DNA from: Candidatus Parcubacteria bacterium | GTDB lineage: Bacteria > Patescibacteriota > Patescibacteriia > UBA1558 > GWA2-36-10 | Length of the DNA stretch: 64,000 bases | Direction: 5' to 3' | NCBI GenBank assembly: GCA_018664825.1 | Contig: JABJNO010000017.1 | Span: forward strand, 163,011 to 227,010 | Shown here: one piece after another, positions 48,556 to 57,321 of the stretch | Position numbering within the stretch: the stretch's first letter is position 1 | Layout of the letters: every line of letters begins with the position of its first letter | Position numbers and translations under genes: made by a program | The notes under the pieces: generated by a model | Told to the model about the DNA's origin: nothing | The model's database searches: none | The model's input: only the letters and a program-made list of their open reading frames with translations

Positions 48556-49305
48556 ATGAAATTTTCAAAAACCAGTCTGCGCACCCTTCTGGTTGTATTT
48601 GTTGCAATCATTGCAGCGCTCACCCTTAACAATCTCACAAACAATCTGATCACCGATTATTCATCAGATGAATTCGCATCTGATGACAACTACAACAACA
48701 CCTCCGAGCTGTACTCTGATGAAGTGCCTGCTGAATCAAGTAAAAACACCAACAACTCATTCCCCATTCCCCCGACCCCCATCATCATTTTATTGAGTAT
48801 GTCACTTGTTACAATCGTTGGCATGATATTTGTTTGGACTAGAAATTTCATTAGGGTTCCGCCTGATTGCGTGATGGTAATCTTTGGATCCAAATCCAAG
48901 GGTGGTAAACCATATCGCGTTGTCAAGGGTGGTGGCGGTGCATTTGTTGCGCCGGTAATCCATTCCTACAAGTTGATCTACATGGGATCACAGAAGCTTG
49001 AGATCGACTTCAATGCCCTGTCTGCAGATTCTGAAAATCTCACAATCTTCTTGACTGCTCATTGCTCGCCCCTTACTTCTACCGAGGGCTTTGAGTCCTA
49101 CCTTGAACGTGGCATATACGAAAACTCCTCAATAGTGGAACAAACTATTGAGTCGTGCCTTAGGAGGCATATCGGTGAGTTCGAAGCCACAGATCTCAAG
49201 TCCAGTCCCCAAAAAACGTTATCAGAAGTCATTGATCTTATACGACCCGACCTAGAAGAGTTGGGCATGATGATCAATACCCTGATAATCACTGAAGTGA
49301 TGTAA
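48556..49305 (+). CDS. SPFH/flotillin-like N-terminal domain protein with TM anchor (short, 249 aa).
   Basis: FIRVPPDCVMVIFGSKSKGGKPYRVVKGGGGAFVAPVIHSYKLIYMGSQKLEIDF resembles the flotillin SPFH N-terminus. SD AAAGGAG. Flanked by identical terminators. Confidence 0.5.
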   Translation: MKFSKTSLRTLLVVFVAIIAALTLNNLTNNLITDYSSDEFASDDNYNNTSELYSDEVPAESSKNTNNSFPIPPTPIIILLSMSLVTIVGMIFVWTRNFIRVPPDCVMVIFGSKSKGGKPYRVVKGGGGAFVAPVIHSYKLIYMGSQKLEIDFNALSADSENLTIFLTAHCSPLTSTEGFESYLERGIYENSSIVEQTIESCLRRHIGEFEATDLKSSPQKTLSEVIDLIRPDLEELGMMINTLIITEVM

Positions 49306-49336
49306 GTCACCCTCTAATTCTCCTCTTTCGAGTAAA

Positions 49337-49373
49337 CCCCCGTCGATTTTTTCGACGGGGGTCTTTATTTTAT
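49337..49373. terminator. Terminator copy 2 (identical to 48404..48440), between convergent genes.
   Basis: Identical hairpin and tail. Confidence 0.7.
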
Positions 49374-49381
49374 AAAAATTA

Positions 49382-51142
49382 TTAAGCAATAAACCCACCT
49401 ACCTGTTTTTCCCATAACCTTTTATAGAGGCCTCCTGATTTCTTGATAAGCACTTGGTGGGTACCCTGTTCTACTATATTTCCTTTATCCAAAACTAAGA
49501 TTCTATCCATCTTCATGATAGTAGATAATCTATGAGCGACCACTATTACTGTTTTATCTTTCATAAGATTGGCTAAAGCATCTTGAATCATCTCTTCTGA
49601 TTCAGAATCCAAAGAGGATGTTGCTTCATCCAATATCAAAATTGGAGAATTTTTAAGTATAGACCGGGCAATAGCTACACGCTGACGTTCTCCTCCAGAA
49701 AGTTTTACTCCTCTTTCTCCAACATAGGTCTGATAAGCTTCGGGAAAATCATTTATAAATTTATCAGCATGTGCTAATTTGGCAGCTTTTTTAATTTCTA
49801 AATCTGTAGCCCTTGGCTGACCATAGCGAATATTTTCTTTGAGAGTCCTGTGAAACAATATTGGATCTTGATTGACCAAGGATATATTTTTCCACAAAGA
49901 ATCTTGAGTAACACCAATTATTCTTTGATCATCTATCAAAATCTTACCCCCATCAATATCATAATTTCTGAGTAATAAATTTATCAAAGTAGATTTTCCA
50001 GAGCCAGATGGTCCAATTAGGGCTATTTTTTCCTTGGCTTTAATATTTAAATTAAAATTAGAGATAATCTTACGAGTCTTATTATAAGCAAAAGATACTT
50101 TCTTAAATTCTATTTGCCCTCCTTTTACTTTTAATACCTTGGCAGTTTTTACATCTTGAATTTCATGAGGCTGCTCTAATATTTCAGTCATTTCTTCTGC
50201 TTCGGCCATAGCTTCATAATATTTTCTAATAATACGACCAAAATTCCATAATCTCATCATAATAGTAATCAAATAAGTTTGAATCAAAACAAATTCACCC
50301 ACACTTATAATACCTTTTTGCCATAATGAAATAGCATAATACATAATACCAATCTCCAAAACCATCATAAGTAAAGTCTGAGCAGCTTCAAAATAATTAG
50401 CTAAATTCCAAGTGAATTGCCTCAATTTTTGTAATTGACCAGTTGCTGTTTTAAAATGCTTTCTCTCTCTGCTGTAGCCGGTAAATAATTTTAAATTTAA
50501 ATGGTTGGTAATAGTGTCAGCTAAAACTCCGGTGACTTTAGAATTTAATCCTGCTCTTTGCACATCGTATTTTAATTTGTACAAAGAAAAATAATAATTA
50601 ACTAGCATATAAATTATTATCCATATCAGTATTCCTAAACCTAGCCATATGTTTCGCTTACCTAAAAATATAATAATCAAAAATAAGTTTACGAAAATTG
50701 GTAAAAAATCCCAAAAAATTAAATCTGTCACCACTTCAAAAGATCTAGAAAATCTATTTACTTTTTTGACTAGTGATCCTACAAAATTATTATTGAAAAA
50801 AGAAATAGAATGCTTGTGCATATATGCAAAAGATGAGTTGGATATACTAGCCATAGCATTGGTCTGAAAGTATGCTGTCAAAAATGTAGCTGCTCTCCAA
50901 AAAATCCAAGAACTCAAATAAACGGCCAATACTTTCATCAAGGTAATTTTGAGCATTGGAATCTTATCAAGAGTATTATCTGAACTAGTTAGGATATCAA
51001 AAAAGTCTTTATAATATAACGGTCCAATGACATGACCAAGCGAAGCAATGGTTATAGAAACGATTATAAACCAAGGAGCCCATCTATATTGTACTAGATG
51101 TTTCCAAAAAATTTTAAATGTTTGTTTTGTTAAATACTGCAT
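49382..51142 (-). CDS. ABC exporter, fused permease and ATPase (MsbA-like).
   Basis: Six TM helices, then Walker A GPSGSGKST, signature LSGGERQRVAIAR, Walker B ILILDEATS. -10 TATAAT lies only ~9 nt before the ATG, so the transcript may be leaderless. Confidence 0.85.
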   Translation of the reverse strand: MQYLTKQTFKIFWKHLVQYRWAPWFIIVSITIASLGHVIGPLYYKDFFDILTSSDNTLDKIPMLKITLMKVLAVYLSSWIFWRAATFLTAYFQTNAMASISNSSFAYMHKHSISFFNNNFVGSLVKKVNRFSRSFEVVTDLIFWDFLPIFVNLFLIIIFLGKRNIWLGLGILIWIIIYMLVNYYFSLYKLKYDVQRAGLNSKVTGVLADTITNHLNLKLFTGYSRERKHFKTATGQLQKLRQFTWNLANYFEAAQTLLMMVLEIGIMYYAISLWQKGIISVGEFVLIQTYLITIMMRLWNFGRIIRKYYEAMAEAEEMTEILEQPHEIQDVKTAKVLKVKGGQIEFKKVSFAYNKTRKIISNFNLNIKAKEKIALIGPSGSGKSTLINLLLRNYDIDGGKILIDDQRIIGVTQDSLWKNISLVNQDPILFHRTLKENIRYGQPRATDLEIKKAAKLAHADKFINDFPEAYQTYVGERGVKLSGGERQRVAIARSILKNSPILILDEATSSLDSESEEMIQDALANLMKDKTVIVVAHRLSTIMKMDRILVLDKGNIVEQGTHQVLIKKSGGLYKRLWEKQVGGFIA

Positions 51143-51164
51143 AATTTTTTAATTATAGCATATT

Positions 51165-51239
51165 TGGCTCCGGGGGCAGGATTCGAACCTGCGATATCCA
51201 CGTTAACAGCGTGGCGTTGTACCACTCAACTACCCCGGA
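51165..51239 (-). tRNA. tRNA-Asn (anticodon GUU).
   Basis: Manual fold. Acceptor UCCGGGG/CCCCGGA, D-loop AGUGGUA, anticodon loop CUGUUAA, T-loop UUCGAAU, CCA. Confidence 0.85.
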
Positions 51240-51382
51240 AAATTAAAAAAACCGATCATCTGGACCGGTCAACTATGATTATATTATAAAAAAGCCGCCG
51301 GTATTAAAATCGGTTATTATTATTTAAATTGTTGGCTTTCTTATACATCATGTCTATATATTAACATAAAAACTCATATTTG

Positions 51383-51859
51383 TCAATTCCCTATTTTCTT
51401 TAGAATAACATCGATTTCATGAAGGACATTTTCAAACATCGGCAAAGTCTTTAAGTCACTCACCCCAAACCAACCAATGTCGTGAGATTCTTTTATTTGA
51501 CGACTTACCTTTTGCATAGGCACTTCAAAGACATAAACAAAATCTATATGATAGTGTTCTGGTTGACCACCATGAGGATCTATTGTTTCTTCCAAAATAA
51601 AAGTAGGCACTGGTAAAATCTTTGCTCGATCATCTATTTTTTTGACTTCCTGTAAAAAAGGTCTAATATCTACACCTGATTCTTCTTTTACTTCCCTGAC
51701 CGCTGCTTCAATAGGATTTTCCAATTTTTCTATATGACCACCAGGAGGCATCCATTTGTCAAACTTTTTGTGATGGGTCAACAAAATCTTACGAGGTTTT
51801 GCCTCGGATACCACAAACACAGTTGCTGTATATTGTTTTTGTCCTTTTACTATATCCAT
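51383..51859 (-). CDS. Nudix hydrolase.
   Basis: GGHIEKLENPIEAAVREVKEESG canonical Nudix box. Confidence 0.75.
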   Translation of the reverse strand: MDIVKGQKQYTATVFVVSEAKPRKILLTHHKKFDKWMPPGGHIEKLENPIEAAVREVKEESGVDIRPFLQEVKKIDDRAKILPVPTFILEETIDPHGGQPEHYHIDFVYVFEVPMQKVSRQIKESHDIGWFGVSDLKTLPMFENVLHEIDVILKKIGN

Positions 51860-51914
51860 AGATAGATTCTAACACAAAATAAAAACCCCGCCAATTTCTT
51901 GACGGGGTTGTTTG

Positions 51915-53639
51915 TTAGTTGGTTATTGGCTCAGCAGCCTTCTGGTGAGCACGAGCACGTCTACGCAACTTTTCACCTTCAGTGATCTGAGCGACCTGCA
52001 TCTGGAGAAAATCTCCGATAAAGGTCTTTGTCACTGCTTCGTGGTCAGTCGGTAGACCAAACTCAGTCAAGGCCAAGATAGCCACTGTCTCTTGATAGCG
52101 AATCAGATAAGCATCTTTTACTTCACACCTGAACCACAACTTGTGACTACAGTTGAAAGTCAAAATGCCATTTTCGCGATCAAAAGTATATGCTTCACTG
52201 GAGCGAGGCATATAATCAAAGGCGAATTGCAGACCACTGCTACTACCTTTGACAGTCTTTCGCCTCTGACCCTTTGGACCTTGGACCGTGATAGGAGTGT
52301 GACCCTGCATCTCATCGGGTCGGACTCTATCCTTGCCCTTGGCACCAGACCCCTTGCCCGTGTCTTTGAGCTTGGGAGCTGACATCGCAGGATTATCCTG
52401 CGTAGCCTTGGGAGGCAAATCAGCATGACCTTTTCCGGTCGTGCCAAAAGCAAAATTCTCGATCAGGTCTTTGAGACCTCTTTGCTCAAGAATACCCTCG
52501 ACTACCGAAATAGCTACCAAACCAAGTCGCTGAAAGCGAGCCTCTTTGGAGCTATTTTGGATCTCACCCATGATCTCCTTGCCAACTTTGTTCCACCACT
52601 CTTCGATGCACATACACATGTCAACGAAGTTGTCGCTGTCCACAAACCGCTTACGGTCAGGATGGAGCTTGACGCGAGTAGCGGTGATTTCACCCTCAAA
52701 TATTCCTGATCTGAGAGCATCTATCGCTTCTTCGGGGAGGCCCAAAGATTTGACCTTGTCCCAAAAAGTCTTGGTAGTAAAACGAAATTCATCGTTTCGT
52801 TCACCAAAAAGTACCTTACCTCTCCGATCTTTCTTCTTGCCCTGCTTGGGGGCAATAAAAAGATCAAAGTAAGTAACTACTTTACTATCAGCTACCTCGA
52901 AAATCACCGGTTCGATAGGCTGGCCCTCAAAGCCAGATGCCTCAACCTTGTATGCCCTTTTGGCATTGGATTCATCGATATAATCAATATCAACGACCAC
53001 GCCACGCTTGTGCATGACTGTGCCAAAACGCTCCAAAATAGCGCCGTTGAGTTGATGAGGAGTCAGACGGGTAAGCTCCCTATCCTTGGTGATTTTCATC
53101 ACTCTCACCTGAGTACGCCAATCGACATAAATAGGCGTCCTGCCGCGAGCAGACCTCTTTTTGGAAGTCTCACGTCCAGGAGCATAGGTGTGCCACTTGA
53201 GCGGTGTCATGGGAATACCTTCCCCAACTACCAAGCCCTTGACCTCATCCGAGATAAACTTCCACTCGACATATGCATTGACGCCGTTTGCCTTTGCGCA
53301 AGACGTAAAGGTAAACATGTCACACTTATCGAGCGGAGAAATCAATCCCCGACCGAAACGACCAAGTTTTCCACTTGTCTTCATGGTCTGAAAAATCTGA
53401 CCAAGAGCCTGCTCAAACTTGTCCTTGGTGACACCTTCGCCGTCATCCATTACTTCGAGAGTCCGTTTTGAAAGATTCAGTTTGACTCGGATATTTTTGG
53501 CATTGGCATCTAGTCCATTTTGGATAATCTCCAAAATGAAATCCTGAAGATAAGGATAACACTGAGCGGCTGCCAAAAGCGCTCCTCCTAAATGTACACC
53601 AAGCTTACTTTCTCCAGCAGTCGCACGTCGAGCGTTCAT
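51915..53639 (-). CDS. GHKL-superfamily ATPase (MORC/MutL/HSP90-like Bergerat fold) with a Gly/Lys-rich linker and unknown C-terminal domain.
   Basis: Motif I ILEIIQNGLDANAKNIRV (ExxxNxxDA), motif II VMDDGEGV (DxGxG), G-rich motif III GKLGRFGRG. GC ~48%. Terminator 51880..51907. Start overlaps the upstream gene stop (ATGA). Confidence 0.65.
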   Translation of the reverse strand: MNARRATAGESKLGVHLGGALLAAAQCYPYLQDFILEIIQNGLDANAKNIRVKLNLSKRTLEVMDDGEGVTKDKFEQALGQIFQTMKTSGKLGRFGRGLISPLDKCDMFTFTSCAKANGVNAYVEWKFISDEVKGLVVGEGIPMTPLKWHTYAPGRETSKKRSARGRTPIYVDWRTQVRVMKITKDRELTRLTPHQLNGAILERFGTVMHKRGVVVDIDYIDESNAKRAYKVEASGFEGQPIEPVIFEVADSKVVTYFDLFIAPKQGKKKDRRGKVLFGERNDEFRFTTKTFWDKVKSLGLPEEAIDALRSGIFEGEITATRVKLHPDRKRFVDSDNFVDMCMCIEEWWNKVGKEIMGEIQNSSKEARFQRLGLVAISVVEGILEQRGLKDLIENFAFGTTGKGHADLPPKATQDNPAMSAPKLKDTGKGSGAKGKDRVRPDEMQGHTPITVQGPKGQRRKTVKGSSSGLQFAFDYMPRSSEAYTFDRENGILTFNCSHKLWFRCEVKDAYLIRYQETVAILALTEFGLPTDHEAVTKTFIGDFLQMQVAQITEGEKLRRRARAHQKAAEPITN

Positions 53640-54373
53640 GAATTCACCTTCCCGATTTGAGCTTTGAGCTCAGCCATGAAAATCTTGCGAGATTCTTTGC
53701 TGCAGAGAGCCAGAAGCATTCTGGCCAACTCTTGCAAACCATCATCTGGGATGCTGTTACGAAGTTCCCGACGCTCAGCGTCGCTAAACTTGTCGCTAAG
53801 TAAATACATTGCGACCGGCATCATTGCTTGAACCTGATGTCCGAGAACACCGATAGTTGCCTGGTGTCTTAGAGAATCCGGATCGTGAGACGATACCATG
53901 GGCCGAGTGGGCTTATTGGCTTCTTCCTTTTTCTTGTAAGGAGCCAAAAAACGATTCCACTTGTCCCTAGCACTTTGCCTAGAAGAAAATTTTTGTCTTC
54001 CAACCAACAATGCCAACAATGAATCATGAGCTTTGAATCCCAAGGATTCCTGAGCAAAATCAAATGTGACTTCGCCATCAGAAAAGATCTCCGCCAAACG
54101 ACGTACACATCGATGAATGGCCTTGAGCTCCTGGCAAAGATATCCTTGCCTTTCCAAAAAAACTCGGCATCGAACCAAATTTTCACCAATAGGCATGACA
54201 CTGCCTGTTACCCAACGGTAAACTGCGCGATCAACCATATTGGTATAGTCTGCCATGGGCTTTCGTGCCCCTTTGGCTGCTCTACCTGTTGCTAAAGTTT
54301 CACCATAAGCAATTAGGCATTCCTGGGTTGTACCGACGAATTTGTATCCGCCTGCATTGTTTCCATCATTCAT
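53636..54373 (-). CDS. Hypothetical protein (~245 aa) translationally coupled to the GHKL ATPase.
   Basis: SD AAGGAG 5 nt upstream of ATG at 54373. GC-rich like its partner. No motif recognised. Confidence 0.5.
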   Translation of the reverse strand: MNDGNNAGGYKFVGTTQECLIAYGETLATGRAAKGARKPMADYTNMVDRAVYRWVTGSVMPIGENLVRCRVFLERQGYLCQELKAIHRCVRRLAEIFSDGEVTFDFAQESLGFKAHDSLLALLVGRQKFSSRQSARDKWNRFLAPYKKKEEANKPTRPMVSSHDPDSLRHQATIGVLGHQVQAMMPVAMYLLSDKFSDAERRELRNSIPDDGLQELARMLLALCSKESRKIFMAELKAQIGKVNS

Positions 54374-54568
54374 CTCTTCTCCTTCCAAGGGTGTGAGGTG
54401 TTGACTATCTATTGTTTCTTGAAAAGCTATAACCAACTTATCAAAGAACCCTTATATATGAACGTAATTGTCCATAATACAACAATATAAAATAACATTT
54501 TTAGTAAAATCTGTCAACATTTAAAAAACTCCCAAAAAAGGGAGTTTTTTATAAATTACTGAGCAAAT

Positions 54569-57241
54569 CTAAGTCCTGTGCCTTTTACGATAAGTGATAA
54601 ATATCCATTTTACAGTCTCTATCAATAAGAGACCTATTACAATAACGCCCATAAGTATCTCCCATTCTTGCCAGCCCAGAGGAACTGTTCTCAAGACACG
54701 ATTGAAAAAAGGAATATATATTGAGGATAGTTGCAAAAATAATCCCAACACAACTGCGGCATTTAAATATTTATTTCTAAATGGTTTTGATTTCAAAATA
54801 ATCCTATCCAAACTTTTTACACTAAATACATAAAATAAAGTATCAATACCCAAGGCTGTAAAAGTAACTGTTCTAGCCAAATCTAGATTACCTGTCTCTT
54901 TCCAAAAATAATAAAATAATCCCAAACTGCTACCACTAGTAATCAAACTAATAATAACAATCAAAACTCTTCCTTCAAAATCAACTAAGGATTTTTCTTT
55001 TGTTGGCCTCTTGTTCATAATTTCTGGATCCTCAGGCTCCATAGTCAGGGCTAATGCCGGGAAGCCATCACTAACCAAGTTGACCCACAAAATCTGTGCA
55101 GCCAAAATTGGTAATGGAATTTGCAACAACAAACTACCTACAATAATCAAAACTTCTGAAAAACTATCAGACAGCAAATATAAAATTACTTTTTTGATGT
55201 TTGCAAATATCACCCTCCCCTGCTTGATAGACATCACGATAGTTTCAAAATTATTATCAAGCAAAACTAGATCCGCAGTTTCTTTGGCTACATCAGAACC
55301 GCTAAATACAGCTACTCCTATATCAGCAGCCTTGAGCGCCGGCGCATCATTGACGCCATCGCCAGTCATAGAGACTATTTCTCCTTTTTTTTGCCAAGCA
55401 TTGATAATACGTAATTTATCAGCCGGCGTCACCCGAGCATAAACTTTTATATCTTTGATTCTTTTACTCAGTTCTTCGTCTGTCATTTTGAGAAGCTCAT
55501 CGCCAGTCACCACAGTGTCCTTGGTTGTGGCTATGCCTAGATCTTTGGCAATCTTGTTGGCAGTAAATTTATTATCACCCGTGATAATAACAGTCTTGAT
55601 GCCGGCAGACAGTGTCTTGGCCAATGTCGCCTTTGTCTCTGGACGAAGTGGATCAGATAATCCCCAAATACCTACAAAAGTAAAACCCTTAGGCTCATCC
55701 TTGAAATCATCAAAGTCTTTGAAATTTTTTGATACCAAACGATAACCACCACCCAAAACACGCAAACCTTTTTTACTAGCTTCTTGCCATTTTTTATTAA
55801 AAAGATCTTCTTTGGCTTTGGTGAGCTTGCTAGTTTTTTTACCATCTAAATATTTATCTGAAAAACTAAGCATTTTTTCTGGAGCACCCTTGATAAACAA
55901 AATATCCTGCCTAGCGTCATAGCTATGCCTAGTTATCATATATTTTCGGAGAGAATCAAAAGGAATCTCTTCTAAACGAGGATATTTTTTGTTTAAGCCT
56001 TTTAAGTCATATCCCCTGGAACCAAACAATAACAAAGCTTTTTCTGTTGGACTACCTATCACCAACCAAGTATCTTGACTATCTTTTGGATTTTGAACAA
56101 TCGAATCATTACACAAAAAGGCAGTGTGCCCCAACATAGTAAGCTCTTTGTCTATGTCCATATCCCGCAAAGATTCCACCGCCAAATCCACCTGATGGCT
56201 AGCAGAGATAAGCTGAGTAACCCTCATCTCACCCTCGGTCAAGGTGCCTGTCTTGTCTGTACAAATCACAGTAGTAGAACCCAGTGTCTCGGCAGATACC
56301 AATTTTCTAACCAAACCATTGTGCTTGAGTATCCTCTGCATACCAACTGTCAAAATCATAGTCATACTTATGACCAATCCCTCAGGAATAGCAGAAACCG
56401 CGACTGCGACCGCCATAGTAAACATATGAGCCCATTCATATCCCTGAACAATACCCAAAACAAACAACAGGAACACAATAACCATGATTATCTTGGTGAT
56501 ATTTTTGGCAAAATTATCAAGTCTTTTTTGTAAAGGTGTTTTTTCTTCTTTGGTTTCTTTGAGTAATTGTGTAATCTTGCCCATCTCAGTTTGAAGGCCT
56601 GTGCTCGTCACTACTACCTGAGCCCGCCCTTCTACTATCAAAGTACCCATAAAAACCATATTGCTTCTTTCTGCCAATACAGTCCCTACATCCAAGGTAC
56701 CCAATTTTTTCTTGACTGGCCAAGATTCTCCTGTTAGCGAAGCTTCATTGACTTCAAAGTCATTGAGAATAACCAAGTATCCATCAGCCGGCACTCTATC
56801 TCCTGATTGCAACAAAATAATATCTCCTGGTACGAGTTCATTTGCTTCTACTTTTTTTTCGTGTCCACTTCGCAAAACAATACTTTCTTTTTTGACAATC
56901 TTGTTTAGTTTTTCCAAAGACTTGTTGGCTTTGTACTCTTGAAAAAACCCAACTACTACATTGAGAAAAACTGCTGCAAAAATAACATAAGCATCTACAA
57001 ACTCTCCAAAAAAGAAGCTCACAGCACCAGCAATCAATAAAACATACACCAAAGCACTTTTAAATTGTGATAAAAGCAAACGCCAAGCAGAAAACTTTTC
57101 TGCCTGAGCTAAAATGTTTAAACCATGTTTATTTAGACTTTTCTTGGCCTCATCATCAGACAAGCCTTGTTTGCTACTATTTAGCTGCTTCAAAACTTGA
57201 GCCGAGCTTAAAGTGTGCCAATTGATATCAATCTTTGACAT
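54569..57241 (-). CDS. Cation-transporting P-type ATPase (P2-type, Ca2+/Mg2+-like).
   Basis: DKTGTLT phosphorylation site, TGES, MTGDGVNDAPALK hinge, 10 TM helices. Confidence 0.85.
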   Translation of the reverse strand: MSKIDINWHTLSSAQVLKQLNSSKQGLSDDEAKKSLNKHGLNILAQAEKFSAWRLLLSQFKSALVYVLLIAGAVSFFFGEFVDAYVIFAAVFLNVVVGFFQEYKANKSLEKLNKIVKKESIVLRSGHEKKVEANELVPGDIILLQSGDRVPADGYLVILNDFEVNEASLTGESWPVKKKLGTLDVGTVLAERSNMVFMGTLIVEGRAQVVVTSTGLQTEMGKITQLLKETKEEKTPLQKRLDNFAKNITKIIMVIVFLLFVLGIVQGYEWAHMFTMAVAVAVSAIPEGLVISMTMILTVGMQRILKHNGLVRKLVSAETLGSTTVICTDKTGTLTEGEMRVTQLISASHQVDLAVESLRDMDIDKELTMLGHTAFLCNDSIVQNPKDSQDTWLVIGSPTEKALLLFGSRGYDLKGLNKKYPRLEEIPFDSLRKYMITRHSYDARQDILFIKGAPEKMLSFSDKYLDGKKTSKLTKAKEDLFNKKWQEASKKGLRVLGGGYRLVSKNFKDFDDFKDEPKGFTFVGIWGLSDPLRPETKATLAKTLSAGIKTVIITGDNKFTANKIAKDLGIATTKDTVVTGDELLKMTDEELSKRIKDIKVYARVTPADKLRIINAWQKKGEIVSMTGDGVNDAPALKAADIGVAVFSGSDVAKETADLVLLDNNFETIVMSIKQGRVIFANIKKVILYLLSDSFSEVLIIVGSLLLQIPLPILAAQILWVNLVSDGFPALALTMEPEDPEIMNKRPTKEKSLVDFEGRVLIVIISLITSGSSLGLFYYFWKETGNLDLARTVTFTALGIDTLFYVFSVKSLDRIILKSKPFRNKYLNAAVVLGLFLQLSSIYIPFFNRVLRTVPLGWQEWEILMGVIVIGLLLIETVKWIFITYRKRHRT

Positions 57242-57321
57242 GAATTTATTATACCATACAAAGCTCTTCTACATAAATCAAAACTTTGATATAATTCTGT
57301 ATATTATATATAATATAAAAC

